This document shows, piece by piece, positions 10,389-19,524 of a DNA stretch of 64,000 nucleotides (its first letter is position 1; each line of letters begins with the position of its first letter). The stretch covers positions 2,752,001 through 2,816,000 of the forward strand of contig OZ253462.1 of NCBI GenBank assembly GCA_965261395.1. Reading direction: 5' to 3'. This DNA is from Candidatus Latescibacterota bacterium. GTDB taxonomy: Bacteria > Latescibacterota > UBA2968 > UBA8231. The translations under genes were made by a program, and so were the position numbers. Below the pieces are notes generated by a model that worked only from the letters and a program-made list of their open reading frames with translations, was not told the origin of the DNA and did not search any database.

Positions 10389-10469
10389 AACCTATATCCC
10401 GTCTCCATAAAAGGTTCGTGTCTATGGGTTATCGGACGCGCAGAGCGTTAAAACGGCAATGCGAGATTC

Positions 10470-11261
10470 CTATTGCAGAAGTTCGCCGGGTATGCGCGAG
10501 CCGGGGTATTCCTTCTCCGGGTCGCGCTCGGCAATGATGGCCGGCACTTCGTCGGTCCAATAGGCGGGAACGGTATCTGGACGCCGGTGCCAAGCCAATA
10601 CCAACGTGCGGCGTTCGTCGGTCTGATTGCGATACGCCGAGTGCAGCACGCGGGCATCGGCTAGCACTAAATCGCCAGCCTTGACGCAGATATCGACTTG
10701 GGCTGGGTGGTCGCTGAACATGGTCGGGTGGTCTTCTTCGATGAAACGCGCCCCTTGCTCGTGGGCTGGCACCATTTCGTCGTGCAAGGAGATGCGCTTG
10801 TGGTGCGTGCCGGGGATGACTTTGAGGCAGCCGTTTTCCGGCGCGGTATCGCTCAAGTAGTAGGACACAAAAATGATCTGCGGCCACGGCGAACAGCTCA
10901 AGGGATCGTTCCACTGCATCCAATCTTGGTGCCAATACAGGGCCGGTTCGTCGGGGTCTTTGGTCAAGAGGATGATGCCGCCCGTGCTGGCAAAGTCGCC
11001 CAAGCCCATCTGTTCGAGGGCGCGGCGCGTGGGAGGCCAGTCGAGCAATTTCTGGATGGTCGGGTTGTCCTCCCCGCGCGCGGTGACGTGCTGGCCTTGG
11101 TACTTGAAGTCGGGCGGCGGCACCCAGTCCTCCATCATGCGCTCGGTCTCGTCGCGCAATTCCTGTAAGAATTCGTCGCTGAGAATATTATCGACCGCGC
11201 AGAATCCGTCGCGCAGTAGCTGTTGGCGTTTTTCTATGGCTTGTTCGGGAGTCATCGGCAA
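10470..11261 (-). CDS. Phytanoyl-CoA dioxygenase (PhyH) family
   Basis: WHQD, ENGCLKVIPGTH, GDLVLADARVLHS, RR. Confidence 0.92.
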   Translation of the reverse strand: MPMTPEQAIEKRQQLLRDGFCAVDNILSDEFLQELRDETERMMEDWVPPPDFKYQGQHVTARGEDNPTIQKLLDWPPTRRALEQMGLGDFASTGGIILLTKDPDEPALYWHQDWMQWNDPLSCSPWPQIIFVSYYLSDTAPENGCLKVIPGTHHKRISLHDEMVPAHEQGARFIEEDHPTMFSDHPAQVDICVKAGDLVLADARVLHSAYRNQTDERRTLVLAWHRRPDTVPAYWTDEVPAIIAERDPEKEYPGSRIPGELLQ

Positions 11262-11289
11262 CCTCGTCGAAAGGTGTGGGATCTGTGTT

Positions 11290-12489
11290 TCAATTTTGAT
11301 AAGGCTCGGTGCGGCCTCCGGTCAAGTCGCGGTCAAAGCTGGGGCGCAGCAGTTCGGTTAAAACGGGGGGCAACTCGCCCCGCTGCGCTTTGAGTGCCCA
11401 TAGCGGCGGCACGGCGTGAGGCGGCTGCGCCAAGCCAGTGCGATCATCGGCTTTTTTGTACGCGTATAGGCTACACCAGCGGGTCTGCCGATCCTCCCCT
11501 TTGGGAGCTACGCCGTGTGCTCCGTGCGACAGGCAGCAGACGACCGAGCCGGGGGGCAGTTTGAGGTGTTCTATGGTCAGCGGTTTCCCGGTAATGGGAT
11601 GGACGCGCCCCTTCAGCCAACCAGCTTCGATCTCCTCGTCGGTATCCCCTCGGCAGTTGTCCGGGTCGCGGAACAGGTGGCTGCCGCGGATGAGCTTGAG
11701 GCCGCCGTCGGCGGCGGCGCTAAAGCCCTGGGGATAGCACAAGGTGAGGTTGGTATTGGGCTGGGCTTGGTATTCGGCCACATCGCGGACGGGGCTGCGG
11801 TCGTAGCCAGCACCTATCTTGTGGCTGTGCCAACTGCCGCCAGCATAATCCGGTGGCCGAGTGAGAAGCTGATTGTGATCGAAATACACGGCCTCCGTGC
11901 CCAAGCACAGCTTCTGTAAATGCAGCATTTGTGGATGGGTCATCACGTCCATGAGGAACGGGACATGACCAGCGGGGAAATACTCGGTAAAAACGCTGTG
12001 CCGCCGCAGAGTCGGCACACCGGCCTCGTCGGTTTTCTGCGGGGCTTTCTGGCTGCTGCCCAAGGCACCGGCAATGGCCTCGGCGCTCAGTTGGCACTCG
12101 GGCGGGCGGCGGCCCAAGGTGAGCCAATCTATTTGCCTCCAGTCCGCCTGCAAGAGGATGTCGTTGCGCTGTTGGCCGTACTGCAGCGCCTTGGTCCAAG
12201 TCTTAATGACGTACGGAGGCATGATGCCCCGTAGCACGGCGTACCCATCGCGCAGATAGGCGTCGTGGTCGAATTGGGCCTCCAGCTTGTCCAAGTCGAA
12301 AATATCGCGGCGCTCGGCCTCCAAGCGGTCCCAATCAGCAGCGGACCACTGCACAGGCGTCGGCTCGTCGCCTAGAAAATCCGGCCGACTCGCCCGAGCC
12401 AAATCGCTGGTGGGACTGTGTAGAAAGCGTTCCCACAGAGGATCGGCTAATTGGTCTTCGAGCAAGGGGTTGTGAGGCATTGACCTCAT
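11290..12489 (-). CDS. PhyH-family dioxygenase, long variant
   Basis: YLRDGYAVL, WHSH, DGGLKLIRGSH, PGSVVCCLSHGAHG. Confidence 0.75.
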   Translation of the reverse strand: MRSMPHNPLLEDQLADPLWERFLHSPTSDLARASRPDFLGDEPTPVQWSAADWDRLEAERRDIFDLDKLEAQFDHDAYLRDGYAVLRGIMPPYVIKTWTKALQYGQQRNDILLQADWRQIDWLTLGRRPPECQLSAEAIAGALGSSQKAPQKTDEAGVPTLRRHSVFTEYFPAGHVPFLMDVMTHPQMLHLQKLCLGTEAVYFDHNQLLTRPPDYAGGSWHSHKIGAGYDRSPVRDVAEYQAQPNTNLTLCYPQGFSAAADGGLKLIRGSHLFRDPDNCRGDTDEEIEAGWLKGRVHPITGKPLTIEHLKLPPGSVVCCLSHGAHGVAPKGEDRQTRWCSLYAYKKADDRTGLAQPPHAVPPLWALKAQRGELPPVLTELLRPSFDRDLTGGRTEPYQN

Positions 12490-13277
12490 GGGACGTCCTC
12501 TTCTTCAACGCCTTCAAAGAGCGAGGGGAAAAAGCGGTGCGGATCGGCCGGCTCGCCAAAGAGGATCTGCTGCCGTCGGGTCAGATCGGCCGGCGGTTGC
12601 ACGCGCCTGTTGGTCCAGGCCATTTGCGAGACGCAGTATTTGTAGAGCAAAGCGCGCCGCTGGTGGTGCCCGTGCCAAGCGGCTGTCCCGTGAGTCAGAG
12701 CTTCGGAGAATAACGTAACGGAGCCGGCCGGGGCCGAGGGGATGATCACGCAGGGGGCCTGTTCGGGTGCGTCAGCAATTGGTTGCGGCAGTTTGAAATT
12801 GCTCTTGTGGCTACCGGGAATGCAGCAGAAGCCGCCGTAGTCCGGACCGGCGTCGGTCAAGTTCCAAGTCGCCACGACAAAGCCGTTGAGGATCTGGTTA
12901 TCGCGCAGAGGATGGTACTGGCCCGGCTGCGCCCCGGAGGTAGGCGACGTGGGGCCGTAGTCACAGTGCAGGGCTCCTCTGGCCATGCCGTGGCGCAAAC
13001 ACAAGCCGTAGATCCGGTCGAGGCGGAAGCAATCTCCTAGGCGGAAGCGCAGCACGGGCATGATCTGGGGGTGGTCGAGCAGGTCGATGAAGGGCTGGCC
13101 CCAGTCCAAAAAGCCCGAGCCATCGGGAGCAGCACCAAAGCGGTTGCCCTTTGCCGGCGGCAGGTGCGCGTCGAGCAAGTGGTTGAGATCGGCCACTTGC
13201 TCGGGGCCGAGGACGCTTTCGAGCACCAAATAGCCCTGCACGTCGAATAGGTATTGCAGCGTTTCGAAATCGTTCAT
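12486..13277 (-). CDS. PhyH-family dioxygenase
   Basis: FDVQGYLVL, GGFCCIPGSHKSN, AGSVTLFSEALTHG, RRALLYKY. Confidence 0.9.
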   Translation of the reverse strand: MNDFETLQYLFDVQGYLVLESVLGPEQVADLNHLLDAHLPPAKGNRFGAAPDGSGFLDWGQPFIDLLDHPQIMPVLRFRLGDCFRLDRIYGLCLRHGMARGALHCDYGPTSPTSGAQPGQYHPLRDNQILNGFVVATWNLTDAGPDYGGFCCIPGSHKSNFKLPQPIADAPEQAPCVIIPSAPAGSVTLFSEALTHGTAAWHGHHQRRALLYKYCVSQMAWTNRRVQPPADLTRRQQILFGEPADPHRFFPSLFEGVEEEDVP

Positions 13278-13314
13278 GGCTTTGGATCCCTAAAAAACCT
13301 TTTCTCGCCGATCT

Positions 13315-13740
13315 TCATTCCGACCACGGGTTGAAGACCGGGACGGCGGCCCTGAGAAAGTCGCCCTCGTTGCGGGTACAGACGGTCAGGGAATGCACGT
13401 GCGCGGTGGCGGCTATAAAAAGATCTGGCTGGCTAAAAGTGATTGACTGTTCCCGGCCCCGTGCAACCATTCGGCGCCATTCCAAGATTGCTTCCTCGTC
13501 CACGGGTAGGATACGTCCTGCAAACCAGGGTCTCAGCCTGTGGTCAAGCCACGTTGCGAGTTCTTTGCGGAACTCAGGGTCCGACTGTTTTTCGATGCCG
13601 TACCGAATCTCGGCCAGCGTGACGTTGCTGAGGAACAGGCTGTCCGCTACTTGCACATCCGACCATGCTTTCACCCGACGATCGGGCCGCTTTTTCCGCA
13701 ACTCGGACACGACGTTGGTGTCGAGCAGCCATCCATTCAC
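13315..13740 (-). CDS. vapC: VapC PIN-domain toxin
   Basis: WLLDTNVVSE...LAEIRYG...DLFIAATA...TRNEGDF. Confidence 0.93.
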   Translation of the reverse strand: MNGWLLDTNVVSELRKKRPDRRVKAWSDVQVADSLFLSNVTLAEIRYGIEKQSDPEFRKELATWLDHRLRPWFAGRILPVDEEAILEWRRMVARGREQSITFSQPDLFIAATAHVHSLTVCTRNEGDFLRAAVPVFNPWSE

Positions 13741-14033
13741 AACTCGACCTCTCGAACCGGGCTCCGAATACTATCGTCGCCGAACTCGATGCGGTTCAGA
13801 GGGGATTGTGACAGGAGTTCGTGCAAACTGGCCGATTTTTCCCGCGCCTGGAGATTTTCAAATTCATCTACTGCGACGATGACCACGACGTCCTTACCGT
13901 GAACCGTTACCCGTTGTGGCTGGCCCGCAGCAGCAAGGCGGACCACCTCGCTAAACTTGGCTTTGGCCTCTCCCAACTTCCAGCCGGGAATCGACACCGG
14001 CCCAATCTGTTCGGCTCGACGAGACTTTCCCAC
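13737..14033 (-). CDS. Phd/YefM-family antitoxin
   Basis: WKLGEAKAKFSEVVRLA...PQRVTVHGKDVVVI; 4-nt overlap with vapC; RBS AAGGAGG. Confidence 0.9.
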   Translation of the reverse strand: MGKSRRAEQIGPVSIPGWKLGEAKAKFSEVVRLAAAGQPQRVTVHGKDVVVIVAVDEFENLQAREKSASLHELLSQSPLNRIEFGDDSIRSPVREVEL

Positions 14034-14048
14034 GGATTTTCCTCCTTA

Positions 14049-14063
14049 TGACTATGTTAGTCA
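14049..14063. promoter_or_regulatory. Putative antitoxin operator
   Basis: Inverted repeat TGACTA-TGT-TAGTCA directly upstream of the antitoxin RBS. Confidence 0.6.
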
Positions 14064-14085
14064 AATATATATGAAGTTGCGGTAA

Positions 14086-15456
14086 GCCTCAATGAAGACG
14101 GGGCGGGGCCTCCCCGGAAATATGAGAAATGGCGCTGTAGGGGCGACCGGCCGGTCGCCCCTACGGACTTCAATGAGGCCGGGGCGTTTCCACCCCGGAA
14201 ATCTTCGGCGACCCGCATCCTCTCCCAGCCGCGCATCTTACTTCAATGAGGCCGGGGCGTTTCCACCCCGGAAATGGAACAAAACCAAGCATACCTTGGC
14301 GAGATTATCGTCACTTCAATGAGGCCGGGGCGTTTCCACCCCGGAAATGTCGAGCTGAACCCCCTCGCGTCGATGGTCATAGGGTTGAACTTCAATGAGG
14401 CCGGGGCGTTTCCACCCCGGAAATCCAACGCTCCAGGATCGTCGCCTACGATTTCGATAAGGACTTCAATGAGGCCGGGGCGTTTCCACCCCGGAAATGC
14501 ATCAAAAGCAGATATATGAGCGCTCGGTAGGCCCGCTTCAATGAGGCCGGGGCGTTTCCACCCCGGAAATCATGCCCGCAGCTATCCTGGGCGTCCCGCT
14601 CCTGAATAAGCTTCAATGAGGCCGGGGCGTTGCCACCCCGGAAATCGCGACCGACGATCTTCTGTCCGAGCTCCTCGAACTTGCTTCAATGAGGCCGGGG
14701 CGTTTCCACCCCGGAAATCCTGCACCGGATGCCTGTCAAGGCCGCCCCTCGATATGTGCTTCAATGAGGCCGGGGCGTTTCCACCCCGGAAATCTCCTCG
14801 TGGTGAGTTCGTTGGGGCGTCATTGCCCTGCTTCAATGAGGCCGGGGCGTTGCCACCCCGGAAATGATCCTCGACGTTGACCTCTTTCTTGCCCAACAGG
14901 CCGCTTCAATGAGGCCGGGGCGTTGCCACCCCGGAAATAAGCGTCGGCAGCCTGCTTTAGCGCATCAGCCGATTGCTGCTTCAATGAGGCCGGGGCGTTG
15001 CCACCCCGGAAATGGTACGCCACAGCTTTTGCGGCTCGCCCGAGCCGTCGCAGCTTCAATGAGGCCGGGGCGTTGCCACCCCGGAAATGAAGTAAGGGAA
15101 GTATTAGGTCTCTCGGCTTCTATCGCTTCAATGAGGCCGGGGCGTTGCCACCCCGGAAATTCCTCGACGATCCGGAGTTTCTCCCAGCCACGCAGCTTGC
15201 TTCAATGAGGCCGGGGCGTTGCCACCCCGGAAATCGATACCCAGCAGACGGCGCTGGACTTGGTTCGTCCGATGCTTCAATGAGGCCGGGGCGTTGCCAC
15301 CCCGGAAATGGACCAAATTCATTCCGTCCAGACCGCAGCCATAAGTGCTTCAATGAGGCCGGGGCGTTGCCACCCCGGAAATGGCCTCATCAAGTCCAGC
15401 GCCGTCTGCTGGGTATCGTCGCTTCAATGAGGCCGGGGCGTTGCCACCCCGGAAAT
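14086..15456 (-). CRISPR. Type I-G CRISPR array, 19 repeats / 18 spacers
   Basis: 36-bp repeat ATTTCCGGGGTGGCAACGCCCCGGCCTCATTGAAGC (minus strand). Spacers are 36-40 bp, the terminal one 45 bp. Degenerate terminal repeat at 14086-14121. Confidence 0.98.
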
Positions 15457-15665
15457 AGTCCCTGCGGAACTCCTTGTGCGGCTTGGGTTTTCCACCCGTT
15501 TTGCGAGCGGTGGCCGCTTTGTCTTCTCGAACATGCAAATTGTTCGCCAAACGCATACCATGATACGGTCTATCTCCTTGTAATACAAATAGAAAGCACA
15601 TTGCGAGAGCTACCAGCCTTTTTCCTTCCACCAGAGCACTCGCAGGGGACACGGCAGATTCCCCG
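15457..15665 (-). promoter_or_regulatory. CRISPR leader
   Basis: Non-coding, AT-richer stretch between cas2 and the first repeat, with GCGAG/CTCGCA motifs, at the end opposite the degenerate repeat. Confidence 0.8.
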
Positions 15666-15959
15666 CTAAACAATTGTCGCCTGCCGACTCGGCGCTTCAT
15701 ACGTCTTGCCCAGACTTTCTACCAGAGGATCAACTTGGTCAGCAGGCCCCAAGTCCAAAATCAGGATGTGATCCTCTGCCAATTTGATCAAACCTTCCAA
15801 CCGCGCCGTCATCTCAGCCCGTCGCCGGGCCGTCAGCCGACACTGGAAAACCGACAACTGCAACCAGTGCCCATAGCCTTTCATCACCTTGAACACGCGT
15901 CGCCAACGCTTTGGCTCGGCAATGTCATAAGCAACGATGTAGAGGCGCTCGTTGGCCAT
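15666..15959 (-). CDS. cas2: CRISPR-associated endonuclease Cas2
   Basis: YIVAYDI...RWRRVFKVMKGYGHWLQLSVFQC. Confidence 0.97.
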   Translation of the reverse strand: MANERLYIVAYDIAEPKRWRRVFKVMKGYGHWLQLSVFQCRLTARRRAEMTARLEGLIKLAEDHILILDLGPADQVDPLVESLGKTYEAPSRQATIV

Positions 15960-15964
15960 ATTCG

Positions 15965-17677
15965 CTACCGGGGCAGATAATGCGGATAGGGGACAATTTC
16001 GCCCTGCAAATGCCGGGCAAACAACCGAGCCTGCACCTCAATCAGCCGCCGCATGGAGACGCGATAGCCAAAAAGCGGATGCGTGGTTTCCTGCTCCAGA
16101 CGACGCTCAAATGCGGCGATAAACGCCTTGCGCCCATTAGTCTTTAGCGAACACGCGGGACCGTTGAAAACGAAATCGCCCGGTTTGACCTCGCCGTTAT
16201 TGATAGCCTGAATTACGCAGGAGTCCGCGACAATAGGCCGGAACGGCTCCATCAAATCGAGAGCCAGCGCCGGGCGACCATGACGCGGGCGATGATAGAG
16301 GCCCATGTAAGGGTCCAAGCCAGTCGCCGAGATCGCGGTCGTGAAAACCCGCGTCAACAAGGCATAAGCCAGCGAGAGCATGGCATTTACCGGATCGGTG
16401 GGCGGACGCCGATTGCGCTTTGCAAAAGCGAACGCGGGCACAGCCTCTTTCACACTCTCGGCGAGCATGTTCTCAAAACAGGCGAAATAGATCGCCGCGG
16501 CCTCGCCCTCAATGCCCAGCAGTTGACGGTCGTCTTTAGCGCGGGGCACCCGCTGGACAATGCGCTGTAATCGCACCAAGACGTCGCTTTTCGCCTCCGC
16601 GTCTCCACTGACACGCCAGTTGCGCCGCAGCATCGTCCGCGCATTACGCACCTTAGCCGCTACCAAGTCACGCGCAAAGGCGAGGCGGCGAGGCTCGTCA
16701 AAAGCAGCTTGGTACTGGGCTTGGCGCACAGCCACATTGCCATTGCCAGTCCCCACGGTGTGGCCGAGAAACCAGCCGCCCGTAGAAAACCACGACACTG
16801 GAATCTCGGCGTTCATCAGCGCGTGTAGAGCCGGCGTAGTCACCGAGACCGGGCCGAACAGATCGACTTGGGAAACGTCAATCAGAGGCACTTCCACGGT
16901 CTCTTCTTTGGTCTCCACCACCAAGCGCTCGCCGCTTTTACGCAGCCGCGCCCCTGGCGTTTGCACGTAGAGCGGCAGCGCCGGATCGTCGGACGGGTTC
17001 AGCGGGCGCGGCGGATACCCCTTGCGAAACAGATTGGTCTCATCCGGCAGACAGATGCCAGCCAGCGAACAGCGCGGGCACTTGGGGCTATTTTCAAGCG
17101 GCGGTGGCCGACGACCACTGGCCGCTGCCCATCGCAGGCCGGCAATCGCCTCCAGAGTCTGGGCGCGGAGTTCTTCGTCGATAACGACCTGTACCCGCTC
17201 GCGTGAACCGGCGTACCAAAGCACGCCCTGCTCGACCTTATAGCCATTGTCTTCGAGGATCATGGCTTGGGTGCAGATTTGGACGCGTTCAGGCTCGTAG
17301 GCTCCGGCGGCGACGTGAGGCCGCTTTCCTTTCTTGAAGTCCACCGGCATTGCGATACCCTCGTCGGCCTCCACGACATCCATCTTGGCGATAACGCCGA
17401 GGCGCTCCGAGGCAAGAGTGACAGACCGGGCGCGAGCCATATCCTCGCCGAGTTCGTCGGGTGCAGGTAAGTGGCCCCCACCTTCATCAACCCTCCCGTG
17501 AGCACGCCGCCCCTCGGCTGTGTCCCCGCTCTCGGCCCACTCGCCTTCCACCCATTCCAAATAGGCCAGCCGGGGGCAATAGACCCATTCGTTGACCATG
17601 CGGGCCGGGACGAGCGGCGTGTTCGCATCGGCTGGCGGTGGGGGCAGGGCGAGGGTGAGTTGGCGGTCGTGGGTCAT
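15965..17677 (-). CDS. cas1: Cas4-Cas1 fusion (type I-G)
   Basis: Cas4: YCPR, D..E..PVDFKKG, CPRCSLAGIC. Cas1: LGIEGEAA, RNRRPPTDPVNAMLS, LALDLMEPFRP. Confidence 0.97.
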   Translation of the reverse strand: MTHDRQLTLALPPPPADANTPLVPARMVNEWVYCPRLAYLEWVEGEWAESGDTAEGRRAHGRVDEGGGHLPAPDELGEDMARARSVTLASERLGVIAKMDVVEADEGIAMPVDFKKGKRPHVAAGAYEPERVQICTQAMILEDNGYKVEQGVLWYAGSRERVQVVIDEELRAQTLEAIAGLRWAAASGRRPPPLENSPKCPRCSLAGICLPDETNLFRKGYPPRPLNPSDDPALPLYVQTPGARLRKSGERLVVETKEETVEVPLIDVSQVDLFGPVSVTTPALHALMNAEIPVSWFSTGGWFLGHTVGTGNGNVAVRQAQYQAAFDEPRRLAFARDLVAAKVRNARTMLRRNWRVSGDAEAKSDVLVRLQRIVQRVPRAKDDRQLLGIEGEAAAIYFACFENMLAESVKEAVPAFAFAKRNRRPPTDPVNAMLSLAYALLTRVFTTAISATGLDPYMGLYHRPRHGRPALALDLMEPFRPIVADSCVIQAINNGEVKPGDFVFNGPACSLKTNGRKAFIAAFERRLEQETTHPLFGYRVSMRRLIEVQARLFARHLQGEIVPYPHYLPR

Positions 17678-17721
17678 GCGGTGAGAGCTAAGGGCCGTTT
17701 GCTATACGGTTAAAGGCAGCT

Positions 17722-17925
17722 TCATCTGCCCTTCACAGCACGTCCGGTCTGTACGGAATCCTCAAGGCCAGCGCCCAAAATACCGTCCGTGGGCTCGTCG
17801 CGGAGGTGCTGCCGAATGTAGGTTTGCTCTTCCTCGAACGTCATGCCGCTGATCTGCTCGCTAAGTTTGTCCCGGATCGAGCGCATCATCTGCACGGCGT
17901 CGAACGGCTTGTTATTCGTCTTCAT
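17722..17925 (-). CDS. Small protein, likely orphan partner/antitoxin of a PIN toxin
   Basis: MKTNNKPFDAVQMMRSIRDKLSEQISGMTFEE resembles short helical partners found after PIN genes; preceded by a PIN-like remnant. Confidence 0.55.
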   Translation of the reverse strand: MKTNNKPFDAVQMMRSIRDKLSEQISGMTFEEEQTYIRQHLRDEPTDGILGAGLEDSVQTGRAVKGR

Positions 17926-17960
17926 AGTCAATATAGCGATGTGCGAATTCGGCGGTTTCT

Positions 17961-19511
17961 TCAGTCAATATTTACGGTTTTCTCTAAACCAATGACAGGG
18001 ACGCAAAGGCCAAGCCCAAAATGTGATGAGTGGCCGACAGCAATGGGACCGCGAATAGGTGTGTCGAAAGTAAGGGATACGTAATAGCCCCGCTTTTCGA
18101 TATTGGTTGGATCGTCTTGACTTCGCCGAGACCTATGCACCCGAATCCACTCGGACACTCCATAATCGACTTCAATCATCAGCCTGCTTATATCGAATCC
18201 CATTCTTTTTAACTCTAGCTGAAGTTGCTCTTCGGGTGTCTCCCCTGGCTTGATGCGGCCTCGACGATCGTACACATGGCGTGGCGGAACATATGGAGTC
18301 GCTGTTTCCCATCGCTCATAGGATTGCGCGTCAAAGCCGCGAGGCGGCGGCACTTGTGAATCCAATGGCACGAGCCGAACGGCCCAAGGATCATTCCGTC
18401 GTGCTTTGCCGAACGCGATCTGAAGTTCTCGCTCAGCCGCGTTCAGAATCGCCCGCTGTTCAGCGTCGGTAAACGGTTGATCGCGCCAGACGATCAATCT
18501 TGTCGCTTTGTTCGTCTCTTTGTCGAAAAGGATGCCAAAGCGTGCATGAGGATGCTGGTGATCTTGCAGCGGCTTTCCATCGGCTTCCTTCCCCGTAAGC
18601 AGACGCGCCGCTTCCCTTTGCTCCATGCTCGCCCGTTTCCAATCTACTCCAAGAAACTCGCGGATGACACGACCTCTAAATCGTTGGGTAAGGACGACAA
18701 TAGATTTGCGCGGTGGGCTGACTCGGGTTCCAATTGCAAACTGGAGGAATCGCATCGGCTTCTTCGATCTCCGCTTCGGCGACGGCAGCTTGACCGGAGG
18801 TATAGCAGGACGCTTGGCGTAAAGCCATTGAGTGCCCGGCGGAACCGTGGAATTCGCCACCAGCGGATCATCAGTAAGCAACTGCACCTGTTCCAGCGTA
18901 GCGTCGGGTGTTGGCACCAGCACGGGCACTGAGCCGGACGAAGGCATGCCTTCCAGCACGCAGTTGATGTCAGCGTTCGGCGGTACGTTCTCGACGCGCC
19001 GGATTTCAGTGAGTGACTCCGCACGACCGAAGTAGGTCATTCGCGCCAAGCTCGCGTCGAGCCAGTCAAAAAGGTCTCGCGACCATTCCGTACCTTCCAC
19101 TGACCACCAAATGACGTCACTGCCAGAGTCGCTCCTAGGGTCGCCAATGATCCAGAAATTATCGCGAGTCAATGTACTCTGGTACTTTTTTTCGCGTGGC
19201 TTTTTTTTACCTGGCGGGACAAAAGTAAACACGGCTGGCTGGTACTGGCGAAGCCCCGGGCCCCGCCAACTGAACGGCGGTAGGCTCCAACTGATATTGC
19301 TGGCACAAAACGCCCTTACGGTCTGTTCGCGCCACGCTGTGCCCTCGACGCCGCACTCCCGTTCATACTGGTGGGACCGTGCCAAGATTGCACGGAGCAA
19401 TCGCCAAGGGCTCGGCGGCCACTCCCCGTGGGGGTCCTCGAAGGGGAACGCCCGCCATGGGTTGGCGTGGAATCGTCCAAGTGGAAATGTCTGTCGCAAA
19501 ATGACTTTCAT
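17961..19511 (-). CDS. csb2: Csb2 (Cas5/Cas6 fusion), type I-G
   Basis: GRFHANPW...GEWPPSPWRLLRA, YFGRAES, W.TATPY, C-terminal GPIAVGHSSHFGLGL; start at MKVIL (19511). Confidence 0.93.
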   Translation of the reverse strand: MKVILRQTFPLGRFHANPWRAFPFEDPHGEWPPSPWRLLRAILARSHQYERECGVEGTAWREQTVRAFCASNISWSLPPFSWRGPGLRQYQPAVFTFVPPGKKKPREKKYQSTLTRDNFWIIGDPRSDSGSDVIWWSVEGTEWSRDLFDWLDASLARMTYFGRAESLTEIRRVENVPPNADINCVLEGMPSSGSVPVLVPTPDATLEQVQLLTDDPLVANSTVPPGTQWLYAKRPAIPPVKLPSPKRRSKKPMRFLQFAIGTRVSPPRKSIVVLTQRFRGRVIREFLGVDWKRASMEQREAARLLTGKEADGKPLQDHQHPHARFGILFDKETNKATRLIVWRDQPFTDAEQRAILNAAERELQIAFGKARRNDPWAVRLVPLDSQVPPPRGFDAQSYERWETATPYVPPRHVYDRRGRIKPGETPEEQLQLELKRMGFDISRLMIEVDYGVSEWIRVHRSRRSQDDPTNIEKRGYYVSLTFDTPIRGPIAVGHSSHFGLGLCVPVIGLEKTVNID

Positions 19512-19524
19512 GGCATGCCCCCTG

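Noticed and set aside
14203-15420. Self-targeting spacers within the window
   Set aside because: No match outside the array was seen by eye. An exhaustive alignment was not possible, so this is unconfirmed.
14092-15700. ORFs with repeating MRPGRCHPGN / FRGGNAPASLK peptides
   Set aside because: They are translations of CRISPR repeats, not genes.
15965-17677. Cas4-Cas1 fusion, C-terminal HD in Cas3 and lack of stand-alone cas6 as novelties
   Set aside because: All are standard for type I-G.
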